DNA from: Malacoraja senta
Lineage: Eukaryota
Assembly: GCA_038087875.1 (NCBI GenBank)
Contig: JAXLNO010000203.1
Span: 1-64,000, forward strand
DNA: 64,000 bases
Reading direction: 5' to 3'
A program made the translations under genes and the position numbers. Shown piece after piece: positions 36,701-49,960 of this stretch (its first letter is position 1; every line of letters begins with the position of its first letter). The notes under the pieces were generated by a model. That model was not told the origin of the DNA, made no database searches, and worked only from the letters and a program-made list of their open reading frames with translations.

Positions 36701-39700
36701 TGTCGCCATAAATCCGGCAAGGTCGCCATAAATCTGCAAAGGCGCCATAACTCCGGCAAGGTCGCCGTATTTCCGTCACGGTCGCCATAAATCCGGCTAG
36801 GACGCCATAAATCCGACATATGTCGCCATATTTCCGGCAAGGTTGCCACAAATCCGGCAAGGTCGCCATATTTCCGTCAAGGTCGCCATAAATCCGGAAA
36901 GGTCGCCACAAATCGGGCAAGGTCGCCATATTTTCGTCAAGGTCGCCATAAATCCGGCAAGGTCGCCATATTTCCGGGAAAGTCGCAATTAATCCGGCAA
37001 AGTGGCGTCAAATCCGGCAAGGTCGCCATATTTCCGGCAAGGTCACCAAAAATCCGGCAAGATCGCAACATTTCCGTCGAGGTCGCCATAAATCCGACAA
37101 GGTCGCCATAAATCCGGCAAGGTCGCTACATTCCCGGCGAGGTCGCCAACAATCCGGCAAGGTCGCCACAAATCCGGCAATGTCGCCATATTTTAGGCAA
37201 GGTCGCCATAAATCCGGCATGGTCGCCACAAATCCTGCAAGGTCGCCATATTTCCGACAAGGTCCCCATAAATCCGGCAAGGTGCGTCAAATCCGGCACG
37301 TCGCCACATTTCAATCAAGGTAGCCATAAATTCGGCAAGGTCGCGTCAAATCCGTCAAGGTCGCCACATTTCCGGCAAGGTCGCCATAGATCCGGCAAGG
37401 TCGCCAGAAATCCGGCAAGGTCGCAACATTTCGGCAAGGTCGCCAGAAATCCGGTATCGTCGCCACAAATCCGGCAAGGTCGCCACATTTCCGGCAAGGT
37501 CGCCATGAATCCGGCATGGTCGCCACAAGTCCGGCTAGGTCGCCATAAATCCGGCAAGGTCGCCACAAATCCCACAAGGTCGCCATAAATCCGGCAAGGT
37601 CGCCACATTTGCGGCAAGGTCGCCCGAAATCCGGCATCGTCGCCACAAATCCGGCAAGGTCGCCACATTTCCAGCAAGGTCACCATGAATCCGGCAAGGT
37701 CGCCACATTTCCGCAAGGTCGCCATAAATCCGGCAAGGTCGCCACAAATAAGGCAAGGTCGCCACAATCCCGGCAAGGTCGCCATAATCCTGTCAGGTCG
37801 CCACAAATCCGGCAAGGTCGCCACATCTCCGGCAAGGTCGCCACATTTCCGGCAAGGTCGGCACATTTCCGGCAAGGTCGCCATTAATCCGGGAAAGTCG
37901 CCATAAATTCGGTAAGGTCGCCACATTCCCGGCAAGGTCGCCATAAATCCGGCAAGGTCGCCACAAATCCGGCAAGGTCGCCACATTTCCGGGAAGGTCG
38001 CCATAAATCCGGCAAAGTCGCCACAAATCCGGCAGGGTCGCCACATTTCCGGCAATGTCCCCATATTTCCGGCAAGGTCACCATAAATCCGGCAAGGTCG
38101 CCACAAATGCGGCAAGGTCGCAATAAATCCGGCAGGGTCGCCATATTTCCGGCAACGTCGCCATAAATCCGGCGAGGTCGCCATATTTCTGGCGAGGTCG
38201 CCATAAATCCGGCAAGATCGCCATATTTCCGGCGAGGTCGCCATATATCCGGCAGAGTCGCCATAAATCCGGCAAAGTCGCCATAAATCTGCAATGTCGC
38301 CATAACTGGGGCAAGGTCGCCGTATTTCGGGCGCGGTCGCCATAAATCCGGCTAGGACGCCATAAATCCGGCAAGGTCGCCATATTTCCGGCAAGCTTGC
38401 CACAAATCCGGCAAGGTCGCCATATTTTCGTCAACGTCGCCATAAATTCGGCGAGGTCGCCGCAAATCCGGCAAGGTCGCCATATTTCCGGCAAGGTCAC
38501 CATAAATCCGGCAAGGTCGCCACAAATCGGGCAAGGTCGCCATATTTCCGTCAAGGTCGCCATAAATCCGGCAAGTTTGCGTCAAATCCGGAAAGGTCGG
38601 CATATTTACGGCAAAATCGCAATTAATCCGGCAAGGTGGCGTCAAATCCGGCAAGGTCGCCACATTTCCGGCAAGGTCGCCATATTTCCGTCGAGGTCGC
38701 CATAAATCCGACAATGTCGCCACAAATCCGGCAAGGTCGCTATATTCCCGGCGAGGTCGCCAACAATCCGGCAAGGTCGCCACAAATCCGGCAAGGTCGC
38801 CATATTTCAGGCAAAGTCGCCATAAATCCGGGCATGGTCGCCTCAAATTCGGCAAAGTCGCCATATTTCCGACAAGGTCGCCATAAATCCGGCAAGTTTG
38901 CCTCAAATCCGGCAAGGTAGCTATATTTCCGGCAAAGTCGCCATAAATCCGGCAAGGTGTCGTCAAATCGGCAAGGTCGCCACGTTTCCGGCAAGGGAGC
39001 TATAGATCCGGCAAGGTCGCCACAAATCCGGCAAGGTCGCAACATTTCGGCAAGGTCGCCAGAAATCCGGCATCGTCGCCGCAAATCCGGCAAGGTCGCC
39101 ACATTTCCGGCAAGGTCGCCATAAATCCGGCAAGGTCGCCACAAGTCCGGCAAGGTCGCGTCAAATCCGGCAAGGTCGCCACATTTCCTGCAAGGTCGCC
39201 ATAGATCCGGCAAGGTCGCCACAAATCCGGCAAGGTCGCAACATTTCGGCAAGTTCGCCAGAAATCCGGCTTCTTCGCCACAAATCCGGCAAGGTCGCCA
39301 CATTTCCAGCAAGGTCGCCATGAATCCGGCAAGGTCGCCACAAGTCCGGCGAGGTCGTAATAAATCCGGAAAGGTCGCCACAAATCTCACAAAGTCGCCA
39401 TAAATCCGGCAAGGTCGCCACAAATCCGGCAAAGTCGCCACATTTGCGGCAAGGTCGCCACAAATCCGGCAAAGTCGCCACATTTGCGGCAAGGTCGCCA
39501 GAAATCCGGCATCGTCGCCACAAATCCGGCAAGGTCGCCACATTTCCGGCAAGGTCCCCAAGAATTCGGCAAGGTCGCCACATTTCCGGCAAGGTCGCCA
39601 TAAATCCGGCAAGGCCGCCACAAATCCCACAAGGTCGCCATAAATCCGGCAAGGTCGCCACAATCCGGCAAGGTCGCCACATTTGCGGCAAGGTCGCCAT

Positions 39701-42700
39701 AAATCCCGCAAGGTCGCCACAAATCCGGCAAGGTCGCTATTAATCCGGGAATGTCGCCATAAATCCGGCAAGGTCGCCACATTCCCGGCAAGGTCGCCAT
39801 AAATCCGGCAAGGTCGCCACAAATCCGGCAAAGTCGCCACATTTCCGGCACCGTCGCCATAAATCCGGCAAGGTCGCCACAAATCCAGCAAGGTCGCCAC
39901 AAATGCGGCAAGGTCGCCACATTTCCGGCAAGATCGCCATATTTCCGGCAAGGTCGCCATTAATCCGGGAATGTCGCCATAAATACGGCAAGGTCGCCAC
40001 AAATCCGGCAAGGTCGCCACATTTCCGGCAAGGTCGCCATAAATTCGGCAAAGTCGCCACAAATCCTGTAGGGTCGCCACATTTCCGGCAATGTCGCCAT
40101 ATTTCCGGCAAGGTCACCATAAATCCGGCAAGGTCGACACAAATGCGGCAAGGTCGCCACAAATCCGGCAAGGTCGCCACATTTCCGGCAAGGTCGCTAT
40201 AAATTCGGCAAAGTCGCCACAAATCCGGCAGGGTCGCCACATTTCCGGCAATGTCGCCATATTTCCTGCAAGGTCGCCATAAATCCGGCAAGGTCGACAC
40301 AAATGCGGCAAGGTCGCAATAAATCCGGCGAGTACGCCATATTTCCGGCGAGGTCGCCATAAATCCGGCAAGGTCGCCATAATTCCGGCGAGGTCGCCAT
40401 ATATCCGGAAAAGTCGCCATAAATCCGGCAAGGTCGCCATAAATCTTCAAAGTCACCATAACTCCGGCAAGGTCGTCGTAGTTCCGACACGGTCGCCATA
40501 AATCCGGCTAGGACGCCATAAATCCGGCAAGGTCGCCACATCCCCGGCAAGGTCGCCATGAATCCGGCAAGGTCGCCACAAATCCGTCAAGGTCGCCACA
40601 TTTCAGGCAAGGTCGCCATAAATCCGGCAAGGTCGCCACAAATCCGGCAAGGTCGCCACATTTCCGGCAAGGTCGCATTAAATCCGGCAAAATCGCCACG
40701 AATCCGGCAAGGTCGCCACATTTCCGGCAATGTCGCCATATTTCCGGCAAGGTCTCCATAAATCCTTCAAGGTCGCCACAAATGCGGCAAGGTCGCCATA
40801 AATCCGGCAAGGTCGCCATATTTCCGGCAAGGTCGCCATAAATCCGGCGAGGTCGGCATATTTCCGGCGAGGTCGCCATAAATCGAGCAAGGTCGCCATA
40901 ATTTCGGCGATGTCACCATAGTTCCGGCAAAGTCGCCATAAATCCGGCAAGTTTGCCGTAAATCTGCAAAGTCGCCATAACTCCGGCAAGGTCGCCGTAT
41001 TTCCCGCACGTTCGCCATAAATCCGACTAGGACGCCATAAATCCGGCAAGGTCGCCATATTTCCGGCAAGGTCGCGTCAAATCCGGCAAGGTCGCCATTA
41101 ATTCGGGAATGTCACCATAAATCATGCAAGGTCGCCACTAATCCGGCAAGGTCGCCACATTTCCGGCAAGGTCGCCATAAATTCGGCAAAGGGGCCACAA
41201 ATCCGGCAGGGTCGCCACATTTCCGGCAATGTCACCATATTTCCTGCAAGGTCACCATAAATCCGGCAAGGTCGACACAACTGCGGCAAGGCCGCCACAA
41301 ACCCGGCAAGGTCGCCACATTCCCGGCAAGGTCGCCATAAATTCGGCAAAGTCGCCACAAATCCGGCAGGGTCGCCACATTTCCGGCAATGTCGCCATAT
41401 TTCCTGGAAGGTCACCATAAATGCGGCAAGGTCGACACAAATGCGGCAAGGTCGCAATAAATCCGACAAGGTCGCCATAAACCCGGCAAGGTCGCCACAA
41501 ATCCGCCAAGGTCGCCACATTTCAGGCAAGGTCGCCATAAATCCGGCAAGGTCGCCACAAATCCGGCAAGGTCGCCACATTTCCGGCAAGGTCGCCATAA
41601 ATCCGGCAAGGTCGCCACATTTCCGGCAATGTCGCCATATTTCCGGCAAGGTCTCCATAAATCCTTCAAAGTCGCCACAAATGCGGCAAGGTCGCCATAT
41701 TTCCGGCGAGGTCGCCATAGTTCCGGCAATGTCGCCATAAATCCGGCAAGTTTGCCGTAAATCTGCAAAGTCGCCATAACTCCGGCAAGGTCGCCGTATT
41801 TCCGGCACGGTCGCCATAAATGCGACTAGGACGCCATAAATCCGGCAAGGTCGCCATATTTCCGGCAAGGTCGCGTCAAATCCGACAAGGTCGCCACATT
41901 TCCGGCAAGGTCGCCATAGATCAGGCAAGGTCGCCACAAATCCGGCAAGGTCGCAACATTCCGGCAAGGTCGCCAGAAATCCGGTATCGTCGCCACAAAT
42001 CCGGCAAGGTCGCCACATTTCCGGCAAGGTCGCCATAAATCCGGCAAGGTCGCCACAAATCCGATAGGGTCGCCACATTTCCTGCATTGTCGCCATATTT
42101 CCGGCAAGGTCACCATAAATCCGGCAAGGTCGACACAAATGCGGCAAGGTCGCAATAAATCCGGCAAGGTCGCCATATTTCCGGCAAGGTCGCCATAAAT
42201 CTGGCGAGGTCGCCATATTTCCGGCGAGGTCGCCATAAATCCGGCAAGGTCGCCATAAATGTGCAAAGTCACCATAACTCCGGCAAGGTCGCCGTATTTC
42301 CGGCACGGTCGCCATAAATCCGGCAAGGTCGCCACATCGCCGGCAAGGTCGCCATGAATCCGGCAAGGTCGCCACAAATCCGGCAAGGTCGCAACATTTC
42401 GGCAAGGTCGCCAGAAATCCGGCATCGTAGCCACAAATCCGGCAAGGTCGCCACATTTCCGGCAAGGTCGCCATGAATCCGGCAAGGTCGCCACAAATCG
42501 TGCAGGGTCGCCACATTTCCGGCAATGTCGCCATATTTCCGGCAAGGTCACCATAAATCCGGCAAGGTCGCCATATTTCCGGCAAGGTCGCCATAAATCC
42601 GGCGAGGTCGCCATATTTCCGGCCAGGTCGCCATAAATCCGGCAAGGTCGGCATAATTCCGGCGAGGTCGCCATATATCCGGTAAAGTCGCCATAAATCC

Positions 42701-45686
42701 GGCAAGGTCGCCATAAATCTGCAAAGTCATCATAACTCCGGCAAGGTCGCCGTATTTCCGGCACGGTCGCCATAAATCCGGCTAGGACGCCATAAATCCG
42801 GCAAGGTCGCCACATCCCCGGCAAGGTCGCCATGAATCCGCCAAGGTCGCCACAAATCCTTCAAGGTCGCCACATTTCAGGCAAGGTCGCCATATATCCG
42901 GCAAGGCCGCCACAAATCCGGCAATGTCGCCACATTTCCGGCAAGGTCGCCATTAATCCGGGAATGTCGCCATAAATCCGGCAAGGTCGCCACATTCCGG
43001 GCAAGATCTCCATAAATCCGGCAAGGTCGCCACAAATCCGGCAAGGTCGCCACATTTCCGGCAAGGTCGCCATAAATCCGGCAAAGTCGCCACAAATCCA
43101 GCAGGGTCGCCACAAATGTGGAAAGGTCGCCACATTTCCGGCAACGTCGCCACATTTCCGGCAAGGCCGCCATTAATCCGGGAATGTCGCCATAAATCCG
43201 GCAAGGTCGCCACATTCCCGGCAAGGTCGCCATAAATCCGGCAAGTTTGCCATAAATCTGCAAAGTCGCCATAACTCCGGCAAGATCGCCGTATTTCCGG
43301 CACGTTCGCCATAAATCCAACTAGGACGCCATAAATCCGGCAAGGTCGCCTTATTTCCGGCAAGGTCGCGTCAAATCCGGCAAGGTCGCCATTAATCCGG
43401 GAATGTCGCCATAAATCCGGCAAGGTCGCCATTAATCCGGGAATGTCGCCATAAATCCGGCAAGGTCGCCACATTCCCGGCAAGGTCGCCATAAATCCGG
43501 CAAGTTTGCCATAAATCTGCAAAGTCGCCATAACTCCGGCAAGGTCGCCGTATTTCCGGCACGTTCGCCATAAATCCGACTAGGACGCCATAAATCCGGC
43601 AAGGTCGCCTTATTTCCGGCAAGGTCGCGTCAAATCCGGCAAGTTCGCCATTAATCCGGGAATGTCGCCATAAATCCGGCAAGGTCGCCACAAATCCGGC
43701 AAGGTCGCCACATTTCCGGCAATGTCGCCATATTTCCGGCAAGGTCACCATAAATCCGGCAAGGTCGACACAAATGCGGCAAGGTCGCCACAAATCCGGC
43801 AAGGTCGCCACATTCTCGGCAAGGTCGCCATAAATTCGGCAAAGTCGCCACAAATCCGGCAGGGTCGCCACATTTCCGGCAATGTCGCCATATTTCCGGC
43901 AAGGTCACCATAAATCCGGCAAGGTCAACAGAAATGCAGCAAGGTCGCAATAAATCCGGCATGGTCGCCATATTTCCGGCAAGGTCGCCATAAATCCGGC
44001 GAGGTCGCCATATTTGCGGCGAGGTCGCCATAAATCCGGCAAGGTCGCCATAATTCCGGCGAGGTCGCCATATATCCGGCAAAGTCGCCATAAATCCGGC
44101 AAGGTCGCCATAAATCTTCAAAGTCAACAGAACTCCGGGAAGGTTGCCGTAGTTCCGGCACGGTCGCCATAAATCCGGCTAGGACGCCATAAACCCGGCA
44201 AGGTCGCCACATCCCCGGCAAGGTCGCCATACATCGGGCACGGTCGCCACAAATCCGTCAAGGTCGCCACATTTCAGGCAAGGTCGCCATAAATCCGGCA
44301 AGGTCGCCACAAATCCGGCAATGTCGCCACATTTCCGGCAAGGTCGCCATAAATCCGGCAAGGTCGGCACGAATCCGGCAAGGTCGCCACATTTCCGGCA
44401 ATGTCGCCATATTTCCGGCAAGGTCTCCATAAACCCTTCAAGGTCGCCACAAATGCGGCAAGGTCGCCATATTTCTGGCGAGGTCGCCATAAATCGGGCA
44501 AGGTCGCCATAATTCCGGCGATGTCACCATAGTTCCGACAAAGTCGCCATAAATACGGCAAGTTTGCCATAAATCTGCAAAGTCGCCATAACTCCGGCAA
44601 GGTCGCCGTATTTCCGGCACGGTCGCCATAAATCCGACTAGGACGCCATAAATCCGGCAAGGTCGCCATATTTCCGGCAAGGTCGCGTCAAATCCGGCAA
44701 GGTCGCCACATTTCCGGCAAGGTCGCCATAGATCCTGCACGGTCGCCACAAATCCGGCAAGGTCGCAACATTCCGGCAAGGTCGCCAGAAATCCGGCATC
44801 GTCGCCACAAATCCGGCAAGGTCGCCACATTTCCGGCAAGGTCGCCATGAACCCGGCAAGGTCGCCACAAATCCGGCAGGGTCGCCACATTTCCTGCAAT
44901 GTCGCCATATTTCCGGCAAGGTCACCTTAAATCCGGCAAGGTCGACACAAATACGGCAAGGTCGCAATAAATCCGGCAAGGTCGCCATATTTCCGGCAAG
45001 GTCGCCATAAATCCGGCGAGGTCGCCATATTTCCGGAGAGGTCGCCATAAATCCGGCAAGGTCGCCATAAATCTGCAAAGTCACCATAGCTCCGGCAAGG
45101 TCGCCGTATTTCCGGCACGGTCGCCATAAATCCGGCTGGGACGCCATAAATCCGGCAAGGTCGCCACATCGCCGGCAAGGTCGCCATGAATCCGGCAAGG
45201 TCGCCATAAATCCGGCAAGGTCGCCACAAATCCAGCAGGGTCGCCACAAATGCGGCAAGGTCGCCACATTTCCGGCAAGGTCGCCACATTTCCGGCAAGG
45301 ACGCCATTAATCCGGGAATGTCGCCATAAATCCGGCAAGGTCGCCACATTCCCGGCAAGGTCGCCATAAATCCGGCAAGGTCGCCACAAATCCGGCAAGG
45401 TCGCCACAAATCCGGCAAGGTCGCCACATTTCCTGCAATGTCGCCATATTTCCGGCAAGGTCACCATAAATCCGGCAAGGTCGCCACAAATGCGGCAAGA
45501 TCGCCATAAATCCGGCAAGGTCGCCATATTTCCGGCAAGGTCGCCATAAATCCGGCAAGGTCGCCATATTTCCGGCAAGGTCGCCATAAATCCGGCGAGG
45601 TCGCCATATTTCCGGCGAGGTCGCCATAAATCGGGCAAGGTCGCCATAATTCCGGCGATGTCACCATAGTTCCGGCAAAGTCGCCA

Positions 45687-48600
45687 AATTTGTATTTACA
45701 TAGTTTGTGTTTAGTTAATTGTAAATCACAACTTTTCTTGCTTTATCTAAGGCACTTTTGGAGATGGAGATGTAATGTAAACTTAAAAATTTGGAATGAC
45801 CACCCAACGTCCAGAACACGGAGGTATTTGTTTGCACCATATGTTTCAAGAACATCACTTTGATCTACAATGCAAGACGATGGGCAAATAAAGAATGGAG
45901 GAATCACATTCTGTAGTTGGAATATAAGGGGTGCCAATGAACCAATAAAGAGGGGTAAAATTTTTGCTCGCCTAAAATCTTTGAAAAGCGCCATAATTTA
46001 CTTGCAAGAAACTCACATGAAACAGGAAACACAAATGAGATTAAAGGTGAAGTGGATAGGCCAAACATATTATTCGTCATTTACTTCTAAATCTAGAGGT
46101 ACGGCTATTCTTATTCGAAAAGGTATACCGTTCAAATTAAAGAATACTATATCAGATAAAGAGGGAAGGTATATTATAGTTTCGGGAGAAATTTATGCTA
46201 CCCCAATAACTATGATAAATATTTACGCTCCGAATTTTGATAACCCTCAATTTTTTGAGAAAATTATAGATATAATACTGGAGTTTAATTATCAAAATGT
46301 GATAATAGGAGGGGATTTCAACTGTGTTTTAGATCCATATTTAGACAAATCAGCAAAACAAAGAAGGAGTAATATAAAATCCAAGACGAGTGAACTTCTA
46401 AATACATATGTAAAAAATACTAACATAACAGATGTATGGAGATCTGCTAATCCAGCAGGAAGGGAATACTCGTTTTACTCTTCGGTACATAAAACATACT
46501 CAAGAATTGATTATTTTTTAGTGGAGAGGAAATTAATGCCATATATAATTAACCCAACTTACCATATTAGTAGTATTTCTGATCACTCTCCGTTGACTTT
46601 TTTAGTAAAATTTGAAGGAATGCCGGGAAAGATTTTTTTTTGGAGGTTTAACATATATATTAAATTACTTACAGGGTTATCAATATTTGAAACAACAAAT
46701 GATATCATTTTTTGAGATAAATGATACACCAGGTACCTCACCTTCTTTAATATGGGAAACTTTTAAAGCATTTATTAGAGGAATTATAATTTCATACGAA
46801 ATTTTTCAAAATAAGAAGAATAAAACAGAACAGATGCTGTTAGAACAAGGAATAAGACAGTTAGAGTTAGATAATGCTAAAGATCCCACTATGGATAAAC
46901 ATAATAAGATAATACTACTGAAATTTAAACTTAACCGATTTCTCTCGGCAAGAGTAATAAGATTATTCCAAATTACAAAACACGAACATTTTGAGTTTGG
47001 TGACAAACCACATAAGCTGTTGGCGCGTCAATTGAAAAAAAAGGAAAAGGAAAATACTATAAATAAAATTAAATCCGAGAATGGTGAATTACTAACACTA
47101 CCTAAAGATATCAATAAAAGATTTGTTCAATTTTATCAAAATTTATACACATCAAAAACCAAAACAGAAGATAGTAAAATTACAAACTTTTTAGATAAAT
47201 GTAACCTACCAAAACTTGACATTTTGGAACAAGAAGAACTAGGAGCGCAAATTACAATCGAAGAAATAGGTGAAACAATAAAATCGCTGAAAAATGGTAA
47301 GACACCGGGACCAGATGGTTTTAGTAATGAATTTTATGAAAAGTTTCATGAGATAACGACCCCCTATCTATTTAATTTATATACTCACGTTTTTAAAGAA
47401 AATAAATTACCTGAAACATTAGCAGAATCAACTATTACGCTTATTCCAAAGAAAGATAAAGATCTAGAAGAACCGGGCTCATATAAAGCTATCACTTTTA
47501 AATACCGACCAGAAAATTCTAGCAAAGCCTTTAGCTAGAAGACTAAGCAAATATATTAGTAAATTGATAAACCCTGATCAAACGGGGTTTATACCCAAAA
47601 GATATTCATTTAATAATTTGAGACGCCTGTTTAATATAATGTACTCACATAAAACGGAGGAAAAAGACTAAGCAATTATTTCTTTGGACGCAGAGAAAGC
47701 ATTTGATCAGGTAGAATGGCAGTATTTATACATAGTATTACAAAAATTTAATATGGGAGAGAATTTTATTGCATGGGTGAAATTATTATATGATAAACCG
47801 ATGGCAAGAATATTAACTAACAGCATGTTACCTCAAAATGTAAATTATCAAGGGGTAATAGGCAGCGATGTGCTTTATCACCCCTGCTATTTGCCCTTAT
47901 GATAGAACCTCTGGCTGAAAGTATAAGAAGCCATCCGAATATTCAGGGTTATAATACTAGGGACTCAAATAATAAAATTTCATTGTATGCAGACGATATT
48001 TTGTTATATATAACAAATTCACAAACGAGCATACCAAATTTATTAAATTTAATAGAGGAATTTGGGTCATTTTCTGGATATAGAATAAACTGGAACAAAA
48101 GTGAAACTATGACGTTAAAACCTCAAGAGTCCACACACTTATTGAAATTCCCCTTTTAAATAACAACAGAAAAATTTACATATTTGGGTATTCAGATTAC
48201 TAGAAAACATAAAGCTTTATTCAATGCCAATTTTATACCCTTAATAAATAAACTTAATATAATGATAACATTTTGGAAAACACTCCCTTTATCATTAATA
48301 GGCAGAATAAATGCTATTAAAATGAGCTTCCGACCACAGTTATTATACCTATTTCAATCTATACCAGTATATGTACCAAAATATTTTTTTTCTAAACTGA
48401 ACGCTAATATTACTAATTTTGTTTGGGATTACAAATCACAGAATTAAAAAAGAACACTTATGTATACCAAAAGATTTCGGGGGACTTTCACTTTCTAATT
48501 TTTTGTATTACTATTGGGCAATACATATTAAGAATATAATTTACTGGTTGGATAGTTCAACTCAACAGACAGAATGGATAAAATGGAGAAAGAGGATTGT

Positions 48601-49960
48601 TATCCTTGTAATATAGGAACAATCCTCTTCTCCCCGAAAAAAATGAACAATACAATATATAAGAAAAACCCAATTATACAAGATACAATAAGAATATGGA
48701 AACAAATAAAATTATCCTTAAAATTAAGAAATGTATCATTGTTAACACCGATAGCGAATAATCCTTTATTTAAACCATCTATGATGGATAAAATATATAA
48801 TCAATGGGAAAGTTTAGGAATTAAAAGGATCGGGGATATGTATGAAATGGGAGATTTATTATCATTTCAACAATTACAATTAAAATTTAAACTGATAAAC
48901 ACTTTTCAGATTTGTAATTTTTTGAAGACATACATACAGGGATATCAAAAAAATAACTCCTGATTTACTAGAAGAAGTAATGAATATAAAAGCTGATACA
49001 CAAAAATTAATATCATATTTATATAATAGTATCTTAAATATAGATTTACCTGTGACCGAGGTAATTAGAGAAGAGTGGGAACGGGAATTATTGATAAAAA
49101 TTACGAAGGCTACATGGGAAAAGAATTTGACATACATTCACAAGTGTTCGATTAACGCAAGACATAACCTAATCCAATTTAAAATTTTACATAGATTATA
49201 TTACTCAAAAACAAGATTAAATAAATTGTATCCATATATATCGCCCATTTGCGATAAATGTTTAACCCAAGACGCAACTATAACACACTCTTTTGTTTCT
49301 TGTATAAAACCATGGATTTTCGAGTGATATTTTCGAAATATTTACAAAATTATTTAAGACAAAAATGGAACCCAATAATGAATTGATTATATTTGGGGTA
49401 ATGGAAGACGGGAACAAATTGAGCTCATCTGAAAAGTCAATTTTTAATTATGGTTTAATAATAGCAAAAAAATTAATATTGACATTTTGGAAAAATACAC
49501 CAATACCAACGCTCAAAATGTGGATTGCAAGTATGTTGGATACCGCACATCTTGAGGAAATGCGATTCATCCTAATAGATAATTTTGACCAATTCATAAC
49601 GAGTTGGTCTCCATTTGTCGTCTTTTTGGAAACATATGGTTCAAAACATGTGTAAAAGCTAATCCGTGACTGCGGATGGTCAAGATTATAAATGATCTCC
49701 TTCTATTTTCTTTTCTTCTCTTCTCTTCTTTTATTCTCTTTCTTCTATTTTCTATGTCTCAACTTTCTTTTTTCATTCTTTATTTTTCTTTTTCACACAC
49801 TATATATCTCACATTTTTCTATTTTTCATTACCTAACTATTTTCTTTTTCTTCTTTATTTTAAAAAAAAATGTAAATAAAAAGCTGTACATAAAAGGTAT
49901 TATGAAAATATGATTGTATACAATTGTACTTACTTCTAATAAAATTAAAATATTTTTTAA
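45687..49960 (+). mobile_element. 5'-truncated L1 (L1 #3) inserted in satellite B
   Basis: 10-bp TSD aaagtcgcca (45677-45686 and 49961-49970), ORF2 remnants, T-rich 3' UTR, AATAAA. Confidence 0.94.
45870..49655 (+). pseudogene. L1 ORF2p, fragmented by many frameshifts and stops
   Basis: SWNIRG, LQETH, GGDFN, SDH, YADD and CDKC motifs are spread over at least nine ORF fragments. Confidence 0.92.
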